A DNA stretch of 64,000 nucleotides from Patescibacteria group bacterium (GTDB lineage: Bacteria > Patescibacteriota > Microgenomatia > Levybacterales > UBA12049), in the NCBI GenBank assembly GCA_026004395.1, contig BPJB01000001.1, positions 584,910 to 648,909 on the forward strand, written 5' to 3'. The notes under the pieces are model-generated. The model searched no databases. It worked only from the letters and a program-made list of their open reading frames with translations, and was not told where the DNA came from. The first letter of the stretch is position 1. The number at the start of each line of letters is the position of its first letter. This document shows, one piece after another, positions 9,757 through 18,881 of the stretch. The position numbers were made by a program, and so were the translations under genes.

Positions 9757-12258
9757 TTGTCATGTATTGCTCTAATACAATTAAAATTTGACTTAGGTAA
9801 GAAAAAAAATTATAATCCCCAATTAAAATTTATGGAAAAACAACGCTCCTCAAGATTAGCTGAAATTCAGCAAAAATATAACACTATATCTAACCTTATT
9901 GATAAACGACGCAGAATGCTTGCTGAATCTTCCTCTTGGAACATCACCCGCGATGATCCTGACGTAGAAGCTGCCGCAAAAGTTCACGCCAGAAGACTTG
10001 TTGAGCAGATAATTCCTGATAGTATTAATACACTTGAACAAAGAAGATTGGATTTACGTGCTCAGAGAGAAGTTTATATTCAAGATCATGCATCAGAATT
10101 AATCTCTAAAGCTGAGGAGTTTGAGAATGATATCGCACGGGAAGAAAAAATAATTAATCAACTTAAAAAAGACTTGCGAAGAGGATATACTACACAAGAT
10201 GTTGTAGATGATAGACTAGCAAATCTTCAAGCATTAAAATCACGTATAAAAACAGATATCGATCTTCAAGTTGGTTTTGAACTTCTAAATCAAAAACGTC
10301 AGTCTGCATTAGAGGAAGAAGCTGTTGAAAAAACTACTCCTGAAGCAACACCAGTAGCAGAGAAGCAAATCCCAATCCAAGAATCCAAAATATATACCCT
10401 TTTACCACCTTTATTACAAAATTTAAGACCAATTACATCTCATGTAGAAAAGATACATCCAAAACCAACGGATTTAATAAAGCATCAGTTGAGAATAATT
10501 AAAGAATCAGAAGAAGAGCCTACTGATACACAAATGCAATTACTTGAAGATATAGCTTTTATTAATAACCTATCAACCGATAATAATTATCAAAGAGTTT
10601 TGACACCCGAAGAACTTCATCATATCGTATGTGATATACGTAAAAATATTATATCTTCACCAAATGGTAGAATAAGAGAAATTTCACTAGATTTTCAACG
10701 AAGAATAATAGAATTTGCAGAACAATACAATGGCTACTCCGGAAAAGTTGACAAAAAAGACATACAGAAAGCAAAAAATGAGTTACAAGTTGATGGTCAT
10801 TCCCCATTAATAACAAGAAGAATCGATGACTTTGCTGAGACTGCATCCATGTTTTTAAGAGGTAGAATTATGAATCCTAATCCAGAACAAAATTTTCGAA
10901 TAAAGGTGGATAAAGTTGATTGGACGATAGAGCCTTTATATCAGGCTGCTTTAGATTTGGCATGTTATGATGTTTATCGAAATCGGTACATTACACCTGA
11001 GCAAAGAAATCTTGAATCCTGGCACTTCAACAGTAATTTAATCAATAATTGGCATACAGAAGTAAGAGATTTACTTAGAATATTAATGCAGGATACTAGG
11101 GTTGCTCCCTTAGTTGAAAAGTTAGAAGAAACTATTACTTCGATGAGACAGAAAATTCCATCAGAAAGAACTGATAGATATTCTTTAAATTTTTTAATAA
11201 GTCAACAGTTGAAAATTGGTCATTTGATTAATGATATCAATAACAAACTAGTTTTCTTACAGCAAAAAGAAGCAGCAAGCGCTAATTTACCAGTCGAAAA
11301 ACAAAAAATAGAAGGATTTTCAGCTGATAATATTCCAAGCATACTACCTCGATTGGTGCCTATTACTTCTATACATGAACATAAATATAATCCAGATAAT
11401 ACTGTGCGTATACAGGCTCAAAAAGCTCATGCTATTTCACCAGATAAGCGTACTCCTGAACAAAAGCAGCTGCTAGAGGATATATCAATCTTATCTCAGT
11501 TTACAAATTCAGAAAGTTATCAAGATGTATTCAATCCGGATGAACTACATAAGTTAGTTGAAAAACTACAATTACTTTCAGGAAAGAACCGTCCAGACTT
11601 TAATGGAGTTGAAGATATGATTATAGGGATACTAGAAGAAAAAGCACGAGTAACACAAAAAGGAATAATATCAGATAGTCTGGCTGGTATCATTGAACGA
11701 GCAGACAGAAACGCACCCAATAGAAAAGGAATGCAATGGGATACTTTGTGCAGCTTTGCAAGCGAAGCATCTGCATTCATTCGACAAAGAAATATGTATA
11801 GCAGTGAAATAATGAAATATTTTTTTTCACTACAAGATCCAGAACCCAGAAATTACCCCAATTTAACGCCGGTATATCAATTAGTTGCCGATGCACATGT
11901 TCTTGATGTTATTGGTCAAAGAAGCCTTCGAGCAAGAAAAGATCATGAAGAAGCATTTCTTACAAATTGCGGAATAATCAATGATTGGTATGATGAAGTA
12001 TCACCAACTTTGGATAGCTTATTAAATTATAATAATAATGAGCAAATAAAAAGGCTCGTTTATCAATTAAAAACGATGATTGAAACTATGAATATTCGTC
12101 TCAATGGTGAACAAAAATCAGGTATTAATAAATCTTACAAAATTGATACGATAGCTGCTATTAGACTTCAAAGAAAGATAGGTCACACAATAGAACAATT
12201 AAAAGCTACTTTATCTCAACCAGAACCAGTCGAAGAACTAATTATTCCTCTTCAGTAA
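9757..12258 (+). CDS. Large hypothetical protein (833 aa, or 808 aa from the alternative ATG at 9832). It has an N-terminal coiled-coil-like region followed by two homologous modules of about 300 aa each (internal duplication). No known catalytic motif was recognised.
   Basis: Charged heptad-like sequence occupies aa 30-190. Module A (about aa 200-510) and module B (about aa 520-833) align segment by segment: LLPPLLQNLRPITSHVEKIHPKP / ILPRLVPITSIHEHKYNPDN; QLLEDIAFINNLSTDNNYQRVLTPEELHHIV / QLLEDISILSQFTNSESYQDVFNPDELHKLV; ETASMFLRGRIMNPNPEQNF / EASAFIRQRNMYSSEIMKYF. Its stop lies 23 nt before the helicase start. Confidence 0.5.
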   Translation: MSCIALIQLKFDLGKKKNYNPQLKFMEKQRSSRLAEIQQKYNTISNLIDKRRRMLAESSSWNITRDDPDVEAAAKVHARRLVEQIIPDSINTLEQRRLDLRAQREVYIQDHASELISKAEEFENDIAREEKIINQLKKDLRRGYTTQDVVDDRLANLQALKSRIKTDIDLQVGFELLNQKRQSALEEEAVEKTTPEATPVAEKQIPIQESKIYTLLPPLLQNLRPITSHVEKIHPKPTDLIKHQLRIIKESEEEPTDTQMQLLEDIAFINNLSTDNNYQRVLTPEELHHIVCDIRKNIISSPNGRIREISLDFQRRIIEFAEQYNGYSGKVDKKDIQKAKNELQVDGHSPLITRRIDDFAETASMFLRGRIMNPNPEQNFRIKVDKVDWTIEPLYQAALDLACYDVYRNRYITPEQRNLESWHFNSNLINNWHTEVRDLLRILMQDTRVAPLVEKLEETITSMRQKIPSERTDRYSLNFLISQQLKIGHLINDINNKLVFLQQKEAASANLPVEKQKIEGFSADNIPSILPRLVPITSIHEHKYNPDNTVRIQAQKAHAISPDKRTPEQKQLLEDISILSQFTNSESYQDVFNPDELHKLVEKLQLLSGKNRPDFNGVEDMIIGILEEKARVTQKGIISDSLAGIIERADRNAPNRKGMQWDTLCSFASEASAFIRQRNMYSSEIMKYFFSLQDPEPRNYPNLTPVYQLVADAHVLDVIGQRSLRARKDHEEAFLTNCGIINDWYDEVSPTLDSLLNYNNNEQIKRLVYQLKTMIETMNIRLNGEQKSGINKSYKIDTIAAIRLQRKIGHTIEQLKATLSQPEPVEELIIPLQ

Positions 12259-12280
12259 TCTAAACAATTAAGATTAAATT

Positions 12281-14356
12281 ATGGGTAAAGAAAATTTACG
12301 AGGAGAAAGTACAAAACCTCAAGACTTACTTCATGAAGGTCCCAAACTAACTCATCGTTTTTATGAAAGCATCAACATCTATCTTCAAGATGCACAACGC
12401 AACGGAGTATTACGTCCTCATCAACGTGATGTTTTCGAAAGCTTTCAACGGTTTTTTCAAGAGGGCTATACAAGAGGTTTTATTGAATTACCAACTGGAA
12501 CAGGTAAGACTGTTTTATTTGTTGAATTATCTAAAGCATTATTGAACACCGATCCTAGTCTTCCTCGACCCAAAATACTAGTCGTAACACCTACAAAAGA
12601 TCTGGTTCAGCAAATAATGGGTAGAACTGGAGAAAAAGGATATGGGAAATTTGCCCCTGAGTTAAAAGTTGGATCCTTTTTCAGTGATACACCAGATAAA
12701 GAAAAAACAGAAGAAGCTCTAGATATGTATGATGTAGTAGTCACAACATATAACTCTTTCTCTATTCTTAATAAAAGAAATGAATATCGCCCAATCACAG
12801 ATACAGATAAACAACTACTCTTGCAAGAGTATCAGTCTTCCAGAATTTCAGAATATATAGACAAAGAAGAAATACATCACCTTGTAAGTAGTATTAAATA
12901 TATTCCAACAGGCAGAAATTTATTGAATAAATTTGATGTGTTTATCTTGGATGAAGCACATCATACTTTAGGTGTTAAAACCGGGAGCATAGTTAACTCT
13001 CTGCCTCCAAATAAAGTAATTCTTGGATTCACTGCAACACCTGATGCTAGCCAACAAAAAAAATTAATTCATTACCTTCCTGAAAAAATACATTCTCTTG
13101 AACTAAATGAAGCGATATGGCTGGGATTATTAGCACCTATCGTACCGATTGGAATAAAAAGTGGTATCCACATTCGAGGTTCAAACCTCTACGACGACTC
13201 AGGAGACTTTATTGATAGTAGAATCAGATATTTAGCAGAGGACCCTAAAAGAAATAGACTTATCATAGAAGCAGCTAAATCCTTAACACAACATGGTATT
13301 GGTACAGTTATTTCATGTATTGCAGGAAATGAAGCTTGGCATGCAAGATACTTAGCTGAAAAACTTGAAAGAGAAGGAGTCCGAGCTGTTGCTGTACATA
13401 GAGGTGTTCCTTCACAAGAACGTCAGGAAATATACCAACAATTTGAAAAAGGTGAAATTGATGTACTTACTTTTATTGGTGTACTAAGTGAGGGTTGGGA
13501 TAGTTACAGAGCAAAAGCTATGATTGGAGCTAGACCTACTCGATCGATAATCTTTTCAAAACAAAGAGTTGGACGTATAACTAGACCCGGCGGAATCGCT
13601 TTTGCAATTGACATTTGGGATGAGTATGAAGATAAAAATCCTGCGATTAATGTAGCAGACATATTGAACGAAGGAGATATACCATTAGGTAGTACAGTAG
13701 GAATAGCAGAAGATAGAGGAATTATCCAGCAGGTAATTGCATCTTTGACAGAAACTACACCCTTAATGACTGTATTACCAAGTAATTATAAAAACTATGA
13801 AGAATTATTATCTGATTTAGATGTACTTAATAAAGGTGTTCTTGTAAGTTATGACCGCAAACAAACTCCGGAATGGGCTATAGCGTCACGAATAACTTCA
13901 ACATATTCAGGAGTAACAGATGAAATTTTCGCAAAAATTGAAGAACTAAAGGGAATAAAGATCAGTAAAAAACTTGCGAGACAGGGTAATTCAATCAGAA
14001 CAGTATATAGTGTAAACCAAGCTAAAGACTTACTCTACAAATTACCAAAAATTGATCCTCGTAAATACTTCATAGATGAAAAAGGAGTTAAAAGAATCTC
14101 ACCTGAAGGCCTAGTAGTATTATTTGGTAAAAGATATCCTAATTTAAATCTAGAAATTGTTCAAGAGCAACTTGAAAAAATTGAAGATCAATTAGATTGG
14201 ATACCTGCTTGCTATCAATTAACAAGAGAAGGGTCACAATATAGGAATTATAAGGTAATTAAAATATACAATGCTGAACAAAAAACAATTGATCTTCTTA
14301 ATCAGGCACTATCGGAATATTTTCAACAAACTTTATTGGATAAAAGGCAAATATAG
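12281..14356 (+). CDS. Superfamily-2 DEAH-box helicase (ResIII-like N-lobe plus helicase C-lobe) with an unassigned C-terminal extension of about 250 aa.
   Basis: Motif I is LPTGTGKTV, Ia is LVVTPTKDL, II is DEAHH, III is TATP, and VI is QRVGRITRP. The C-terminal extension (aa about 445-691) carries no recognised motif. Confidence 0.8.
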   Translation: MGKENLRGESTKPQDLLHEGPKLTHRFYESINIYLQDAQRNGVLRPHQRDVFESFQRFFQEGYTRGFIELPTGTGKTVLFVELSKALLNTDPSLPRPKILVVTPTKDLVQQIMGRTGEKGYGKFAPELKVGSFFSDTPDKEKTEEALDMYDVVVTTYNSFSILNKRNEYRPITDTDKQLLLQEYQSSRISEYIDKEEIHHLVSSIKYIPTGRNLLNKFDVFILDEAHHTLGVKTGSIVNSLPPNKVILGFTATPDASQQKKLIHYLPEKIHSLELNEAIWLGLLAPIVPIGIKSGIHIRGSNLYDDSGDFIDSRIRYLAEDPKRNRLIIEAAKSLTQHGIGTVISCIAGNEAWHARYLAEKLEREGVRAVAVHRGVPSQERQEIYQQFEKGEIDVLTFIGVLSEGWDSYRAKAMIGARPTRSIIFSKQRVGRITRPGGIAFAIDIWDEYEDKNPAINVADILNEGDIPLGSTVGIAEDRGIIQQVIASLTETTPLMTVLPSNYKNYEELLSDLDVLNKGVLVSYDRKQTPEWAIASRITSTYSGVTDEIFAKIEELKGIKISKKLARQGNSIRTVYSVNQAKDLLYKLPKIDPRKYFIDEKGVKRISPEGLVVLFGKRYPNLNLEIVQEQLEKIEDQLDWIPACYQLTREGSQYRNYKVIKIYNAEQKTIDLLNQALSEYFQQTLLDKRQI

Positions 14357-14460
14357 AATTTGATAAAAGATTAGATATTAGATAGATATTAGACAATTTA
14401 ATTAAGGAAGGTCGAAAAAGTATATGACTTATACATTGCCTAGATTGAATATAATATGAT

Positions 14461-14934
14461 ATGGAACAATATAAAGAACATAAACACAGAGAAGTACAAC
14501 AAACTTATGAACAAAAGGGTATATCAGAGCTAAATCAACTGCTAAAGAACCCAACGTTGCAGGAACGATTTATCGCAGTTCAGACAGCACCTCAACAGGA
14601 ACAGTTATCAACTGTATATAAGGAAATCGACAAGACCGTAGAGCAGAGAATAAAACCACTTATAGAAGATCAGGCAGCAACTGCACTTGGATTAACTAGC
14701 ATAGAAGAAGGACGAAAATATGGCAAGAAATGGGGAGAAGCCTTACGTGCTATCTCGGAAATAGAAATAAATTTAATAAATGGTGAAAAAATGAGAATGC
14801 CATTAGATCAAGCAAGAGAATACTTTAGAAATCAACTTGAAAATGAGTTTGCAGCTCGAATATCAGAAGCACAAGAGGCTTTGTCCAATTCTGTAATAGC
14901 TAAGAAAAAAAATTTTAGCAAGTTTAGAACTTGA
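14461..14934 (+). CDS. Hypothetical protein (157 aa, predicted helical).
   Basis: It is on the same strand as the cassette, 105 nt after the helicase. No motif was recognised. Confidence 0.4.
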   Translation: MEQYKEHKHREVQQTYEQKGISELNQLLKNPTLQERFIAVQTAPQQEQLSTVYKEIDKTVEQRIKPLIEDQAATALGLTSIEEGRKYGKKWGEALRAISEIEINLINGEKMRMPLDQAREYFRNQLENEFAARISEAQEALSNSVIAKKKNFSKFRT

Positions 14935-14974
14935 GCTTAGTAATAGAAAAAACGATCCACAATTACTCGATGCA

Positions 14975-15439
14975 ATGGGAGTTTGGGGTAGATCGCCAGA
15001 TTCATCAGGAGATCTTGGAGTTAATGATCAAGGATACCACGCAGGAGTAATTCATTACTTTGAGTACAGAGCCGATGCGGAAAAGAATGGCAGATACAAA
15101 AACACTGAGGGTGAGATAAGTATTGATGGTTTTATTAAATTTTCCAATCGTCTAAGAAGTTTCATAGATAATCCCAATCCCCAAAACAACGCTGAAGTTA
15201 AAAACGCCACCATTATTGAGGACGAGCAAGGTAATAGAAGGTTATATGTCTTAACAGATAAAGGTGAATTTATTGTTGGTTTTGAGAACGCACAAAATCA
15301 GGAGCCTATGCGAGTAATTACCATTATCCCAGGAAGAAATGACAAAGATTATGCAAATGCTGTTAATACTGAACTTGAAGGAAAAAATGACAGAAATAGA
15401 CTAAACAAATTACATGGCGCAAGACGTATCATCAGTTGA
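14975..15439 (+). CDS. Hypothetical protein (154 aa, beta-rich). It is the last gene of the cassette.
   Basis: It begins 41 nt after the previous gene. No recognisable motif is present. The sequence HYFEYRADAEKNGRYKNTEGEISIDG...YVLTDKGEFIVGF suggests a compact globular domain. Confidence 0.4.
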   Translation: MGVWGRSPDSSGDLGVNDQGYHAGVIHYFEYRADAEKNGRYKNTEGEISIDGFIKFSNRLRSFIDNPNPQNNAEVKNATIIEDEQGNRRLYVLTDKGEFIVGFENAQNQEPMRVITIIPGRNDKDYANAVNTELEGKNDRNRLNKLHGARRIIS

Positions 15440-15635
15440 TATACATTATACTTCATATTTGAGCAAACACAACTCTTAAATACTATACTTGAGGATTAAC
15501 TCAAGAAAAGAGATTAATATAAAAACCAAAGCAAATGAACAAATCAATGTTAATTGTATTTTGGTTGGCTGTATATTGATTAAGGATAAAATATACCTTG
15601 CATTTCTTCAAAAAATATGTTTTGCTATAGATAGC

Positions 15636-15735
15636 ATACCGAGAGGCCGTTTTGGCCCGGCAACCGAGAGTATTACGGTGCCATTGCAGCAATGCATATG
15701 TGCCAGTGAAAACTGGAAATACTTAAGGCCTCTCG
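15636..15735 (+). promoter_or_regulatory. SAM-responsive riboswitch (SAM-I/SAM-IV-like core) in the metK leader.
   Basis: The P1 arms are gagaggcc (15641) and ggcctctc (15728). The conserved core strings GGCCCGGCAACC and GGUGCCAUUGCAGC are present, as is the P4-like hairpin ccagtGAAAactgg. The 3' P1 strand overlaps the 5' arm of the downstream terminator, so mutually exclusive folds are possible. It sits immediately upstream of metK. Confidence 0.6.
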
Positions 15736-15752
15736 TATGGAGAGGTTTTTTT
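15727..15752 (+). terminator. Intrinsic terminator (expression platform of the SAM riboswitch).
   Basis: The hairpin cctctc-gtatg-gagagg is followed by TTTTTTT and ends 2 nt before the metK ATG. Confidence 0.65.
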
Positions 15753-15753
15753 A

Positions 15754-16860
15754 ATGAATTCATTTACATTTACCTCAGAGTCTGTTTGTGCAGGACATCC
15801 TGACAAGATCTGCGATCAAGTCAGCGATGCTATTGTAGATGCAATTCTTCAACAAGATCCATTTGGAAGAGTCGCAGTTGAGACAGTGGCTGCCAAAAAT
15901 CGTTTGATTATCGCAGGTGAGGTATCCACCACAGCCGTTGTAAACTACGAAAAAATTGCTCGAGACTTGATTAAAAGTCTTGGCTACCTTGATCCTGAAT
16001 ATGGTTTTTCTTATCTTGTGCCGATAGATATTTATATTCATGAACAATCCGCTGAAATTGCGTGCGGAGTTAAGAAAAAGGGTGCAGGAGATCAAGGCAT
16101 GATGTTTGGATTTGCCTGTAAAGAAACAGAAAATCTTATGCCTCTTCCTATATCTTTGGCACATGCTCTAACCCAAGGTATTGATAAAGCCCGAGAGACA
16201 AAATCTATACCTTATCTTAGACCGGATGGTAAAAGCCAAGTAACTGTTGCGTACCAAAATAACAAACCAACAAGAGTAACATCTGTCGTTCTTGCTGTAC
16301 CTCACGATGAAAATGTATCTCTTGATGATGTTAAAAAAGAATTGTATGTAAAAGTAGTTTCTCCTGTGCTCCATACATATGGATATTCGATAACTGAAGA
16401 TAAATTAATTGTGAATGGCACAGGCATATGGCATAGAGGGGGACCTGCTTCAGACACAGGGCTTACAGGACGAAAGATAGTCGTTGATACCTACGGAGGA
16501 TACTCAAGAGTAGGTGGCGGAGCATTTAGCGGTAAAGATCCAACAAAGGTTGACAGATCAGGAGCTTATGCTGCACGCTTCCTTGCAAAGAATATAGTTG
16601 CTGCAGGACTTGCTGACAAAGTTGAGGTGAGACTTGCATACTTTATTGGAGGTAGGAAGCCAATTATGCAAGAGGTGGAGACATTTGGTACAGAAAAGAC
16701 ATCGCCAAGATGTATCCGTGATTTTATGCTCAATTTGCTAGATACCTCTGTAGAAGGAATTCTTGAAGGCTTAAACTTACAAAGACCCATCTACCTTCCA
16801 ACAGCTACTTATGGTCATTTCGGAAGAGATAATTTTACGTGGGAGAAGGTAATAAAATAA
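15754..16860 (+). CDS. metK: S-adenosylmethionine synthetase.
   Basis: The N-terminus contains GHPDKICDQVSDAIVDAIL, and the GAGDQG and GGGAFSGKDPTKVDRSGAY loops are present. The length is 368 aa. Confidence 0.95.
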   Translation: MNSFTFTSESVCAGHPDKICDQVSDAIVDAILQQDPFGRVAVETVAAKNRLIIAGEVSTTAVVNYEKIARDLIKSLGYLDPEYGFSYLVPIDIYIHEQSAEIACGVKKKGAGDQGMMFGFACKETENLMPLPISLAHALTQGIDKARETKSIPYLRPDGKSQVTVAYQNNKPTRVTSVVLAVPHDENVSLDDVKKELYVKVVSPVLHTYGYSITEDKLIVNGTGIWHRGGPASDTGLTGRKIVVDTYGGYSRVGGGAFSGKDPTKVDRSGAYAARFLAKNIVAAGLADKVEVRLAYFIGGRKPIMQEVETFGTEKTSPRCIRDFMLNLLDTSVEGILEGLNLQRPIYLPTATYGHFGRDNFTWEKVIK

Positions 16861-17127
16861 ATAGTTTTACCCACCTTAGACGATCCATTAGACGAGTAGA
16901 ATAATCACCTATATTAGGGTGATTCATTGGATCACTCGTCTCCATTGGAATCACTTGTCCCTCTATCATCCAGAGATTTCTCACTATTTTCTTCGGAGTT
17001 GCCGCTTTTCAGATCAGATGTATCGTAGTCTGGATCCATAGTATCTACACCTCCACTATCAAATGTGGAAAGCATAGGGGATCTAGACAAGAATTACATG
17101 AAGAATGCGTAAGAAATAAAAAATAAA

Positions 17128-17328
17128 CTACTTTTGTTTTAACACTTGCCCAAGGAGTTTGTATGTTTCTTCCATTGCTTGTCTTGTTGTCATCCCTTGA
17201 GATTTAGCTGCTTCCTCAAAAGTCTTGGTAGTAATTGATTTTCCGTTGGGATCAAAACCTGCATGACCAACACCCATATCATCATCAGGAAGACCACAAC
17301 CACAGTTAAAACACATATTATAAATCAC
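17128..17328 (-). CDS. Small Cys-containing hypothetical protein (66 aa).
   Basis: It contains a CFNCGCG motif. No family was recognised. Confidence 0.3.
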   Translation of the reverse strand: MIYNMCFNCGCGLPDDDMGVGHAGFDPNGKSITTKTFEEAAKSQGMTTRQAMEETYKLLGQVLKQK

Positions 17329-17384
17329 CTCCTTTTAGAATAATTTTATATTAGTTATCATAACTCAAACAATTTTAAAACAAA

Positions 17385-18074
17385 CTAAGGCCGCCACCCT
17401 TCATACGTAAAATAATTTTCTACCTGCCCAATACAAACATACGGCGTATCCTCTCTCATATTCTCAGCATGCCCAGAAGAGGCAATCCAAATGTCAACAA
17501 CTTTGGTATAATCAGATATCATTGCAATATTCTCAGTTACCTTTGTATAGGAAGGATAGGGAAGAGAATTATCTTCAATTCTTCGCCTAAAACCATCATG
17601 ATTAAAGGAACGCGATATCTCCTCTGCTCTTAGTTGAGCAAAGTTACAAGTATATGGATCAGTCTGAACTTTATAAAGGCCTTGAGAAACTCGAAATTCA
17701 TTAATTTTTTGCAGTATATAATCTTTGATATTTTCTGATTTACCTATTAGAGAAGATGTGGGAGTAACTGATGTTGTGACTGCAGTCGGAGTAACTGAGG
17801 GTTTGTAAACAGGAGTAGATACAAGAGTGGGTGTTGGAATTGACGAAGAAATGTTACGTGAATTAGGTAAAGTATGAGGTGTTGGAGAAAGTTTTTTATT
17901 CTGCACAGAATCTCGAGAGTAGATGACTTTTGGAGGATTATTTTGAGAAGCTAAAGAAACATGGGATTTAAATAGAATTGTACGAGAAATTACTGAAAAA
18001 AAATAAAAAATCAATACTGCAATGACAATAATCGGCAGGACAAAAAGAAGTACCTTCCGCATGAATAAATACAA
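17385..18074 (-). CDS. Membrane-anchored CAP/SCP/PR-1-like (YkwD-type) domain protein with a Ser/Thr/Pro-rich linker.
   Basis: There is an N-terminal TM segment and then an STP-rich linker. The C-terminal domain shows F..LRAEEISRSFNHDG ... SSGHAENMREDTPYVCIG, matching the CAP motif pattern (H...GEN..., S.GH..N.L). Confidence 0.45.
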   Translation of the reverse strand: MYLFMRKVLLFVLPIIVIAVLIFYFFSVISRTILFKSHVSLASQNNPPKVIYSRDSVQNKKLSPTPHTLPNSRNISSSIPTPTLVSTPVYKPSVTPTAVTTSVTPTSSLIGKSENIKDYILQKINEFRVSQGLYKVQTDPYTCNFAQLRAEEISRSFNHDGFRRRIEDNSLPYPSYTKVTENIAMISDYTKVVDIWIASSGHAENMREDTPYVCIGQVENYFTYEGWRP

Positions 18075-18148
18075 TACTTTTTCTTATGAATTTTGTCAAT
18101 CACTTACTCAAAGGCGTATATTAATGCAAAGATTTACAACTGAGGCTA

Positions 18149-18598
18149 TCAACTCTCCCGAATGCGTTCTTCTGCTTCATCAATCAGCTTTGCTGTATTG
18201 AGCTCATCATTTTCATATCCTTCGCCACTGTTATCCTTGTCATAATCTAGACCATAGCGACGAGCCATTTCACCAACGTCCTCTCCTGTTGGAGCTGGCT
18301 CTGATCCCCCCTCAGGATCTTGCTGACCCAAACTTTCAGGACTCATATAAGGAGCCTCAGAAGATAAAGTATCTCGCTCTGCATCAGCAATATCTTCATT
18401 ACCTTCTATCATCAATTCATCTGAATATCCATCCTCATCCACTTTGATGTTTTCATCAATCTTAATTGTATCTTTTTCCTCTATTTCAGGTATTGTTGCT
18501 TGTTTCTTCTTATCCATACTAGTGAATAGACTAAACAGTATACGTAAGAAAAAAGATAAAAATTTGTAAAAATCCTGAAAGAGAGTTATTGCCTCCAA
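18149..18598 (-). CDS. Acidic hypothetical protein (149 aa).
   Basis: It is Asp/Glu-rich and overlaps the upstream zinc-ribbon gene by 13 nt. Confidence 0.3.
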   Translation of the reverse strand: MEAITLFQDFYKFLSFFLRILFSLFTSMDKKKQATIPEIEEKDTIKIDENIKVDEDGYSDELMIEGNEDIADAERDTLSSEAPYMSPESLGQQDPEGGSEPAPTGEDVGEMARRYGLDYDKDNSGEGYENDELNTAKLIDEAEERIRES

Positions 18599-18858
18599 CG
18601 TTTAAGTTGAGGAATAATAATTTGTGATAATGAGCGTGCTTTGCTTTCATTCATTTTAAGACCATTTACCATATACGATGTTGAGCTCTCAATCATCTGA
18701 GAAAGAGTCATATTAGGATCAATAAATAAACCATTTTGAAAACAGTATTTGCAATATTCGGAATTTTCACTGCCATCACTATTTGTTCCATACTGATCAG
18801 GATGGAAAAGTGGAATTCCACAACTTTGACAACGATTTTTCAAAGATTTATTATCCAT
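18586..18858 (-). CDS. Putative zinc-ribbon domain protein.
   Basis: CQSCGIPL...YCKYCFQNG gives two CxxC pairs of the Zn-ribbon type in a 90-aa protein. Confidence 0.4.
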   Translation of the reverse strand: MDNKSLKNRCQSCGIPLFHPDQYGTNSDGSENSEYCKYCFQNGLFIDPNMTLSQMIESSTSYMVNGLKMNESKARSLSQIIIPQLKRWRQ

Positions 18859-18881
18859 GAATATAATTTTAATATATCAAA

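Noticed and set aside
15489-15803. Track ORFs 15489..15803(+) and 15501..15692(-).
   Set aside because: They cover the metK promoter, riboswitch and terminator region. This is structured RNA, not coding.
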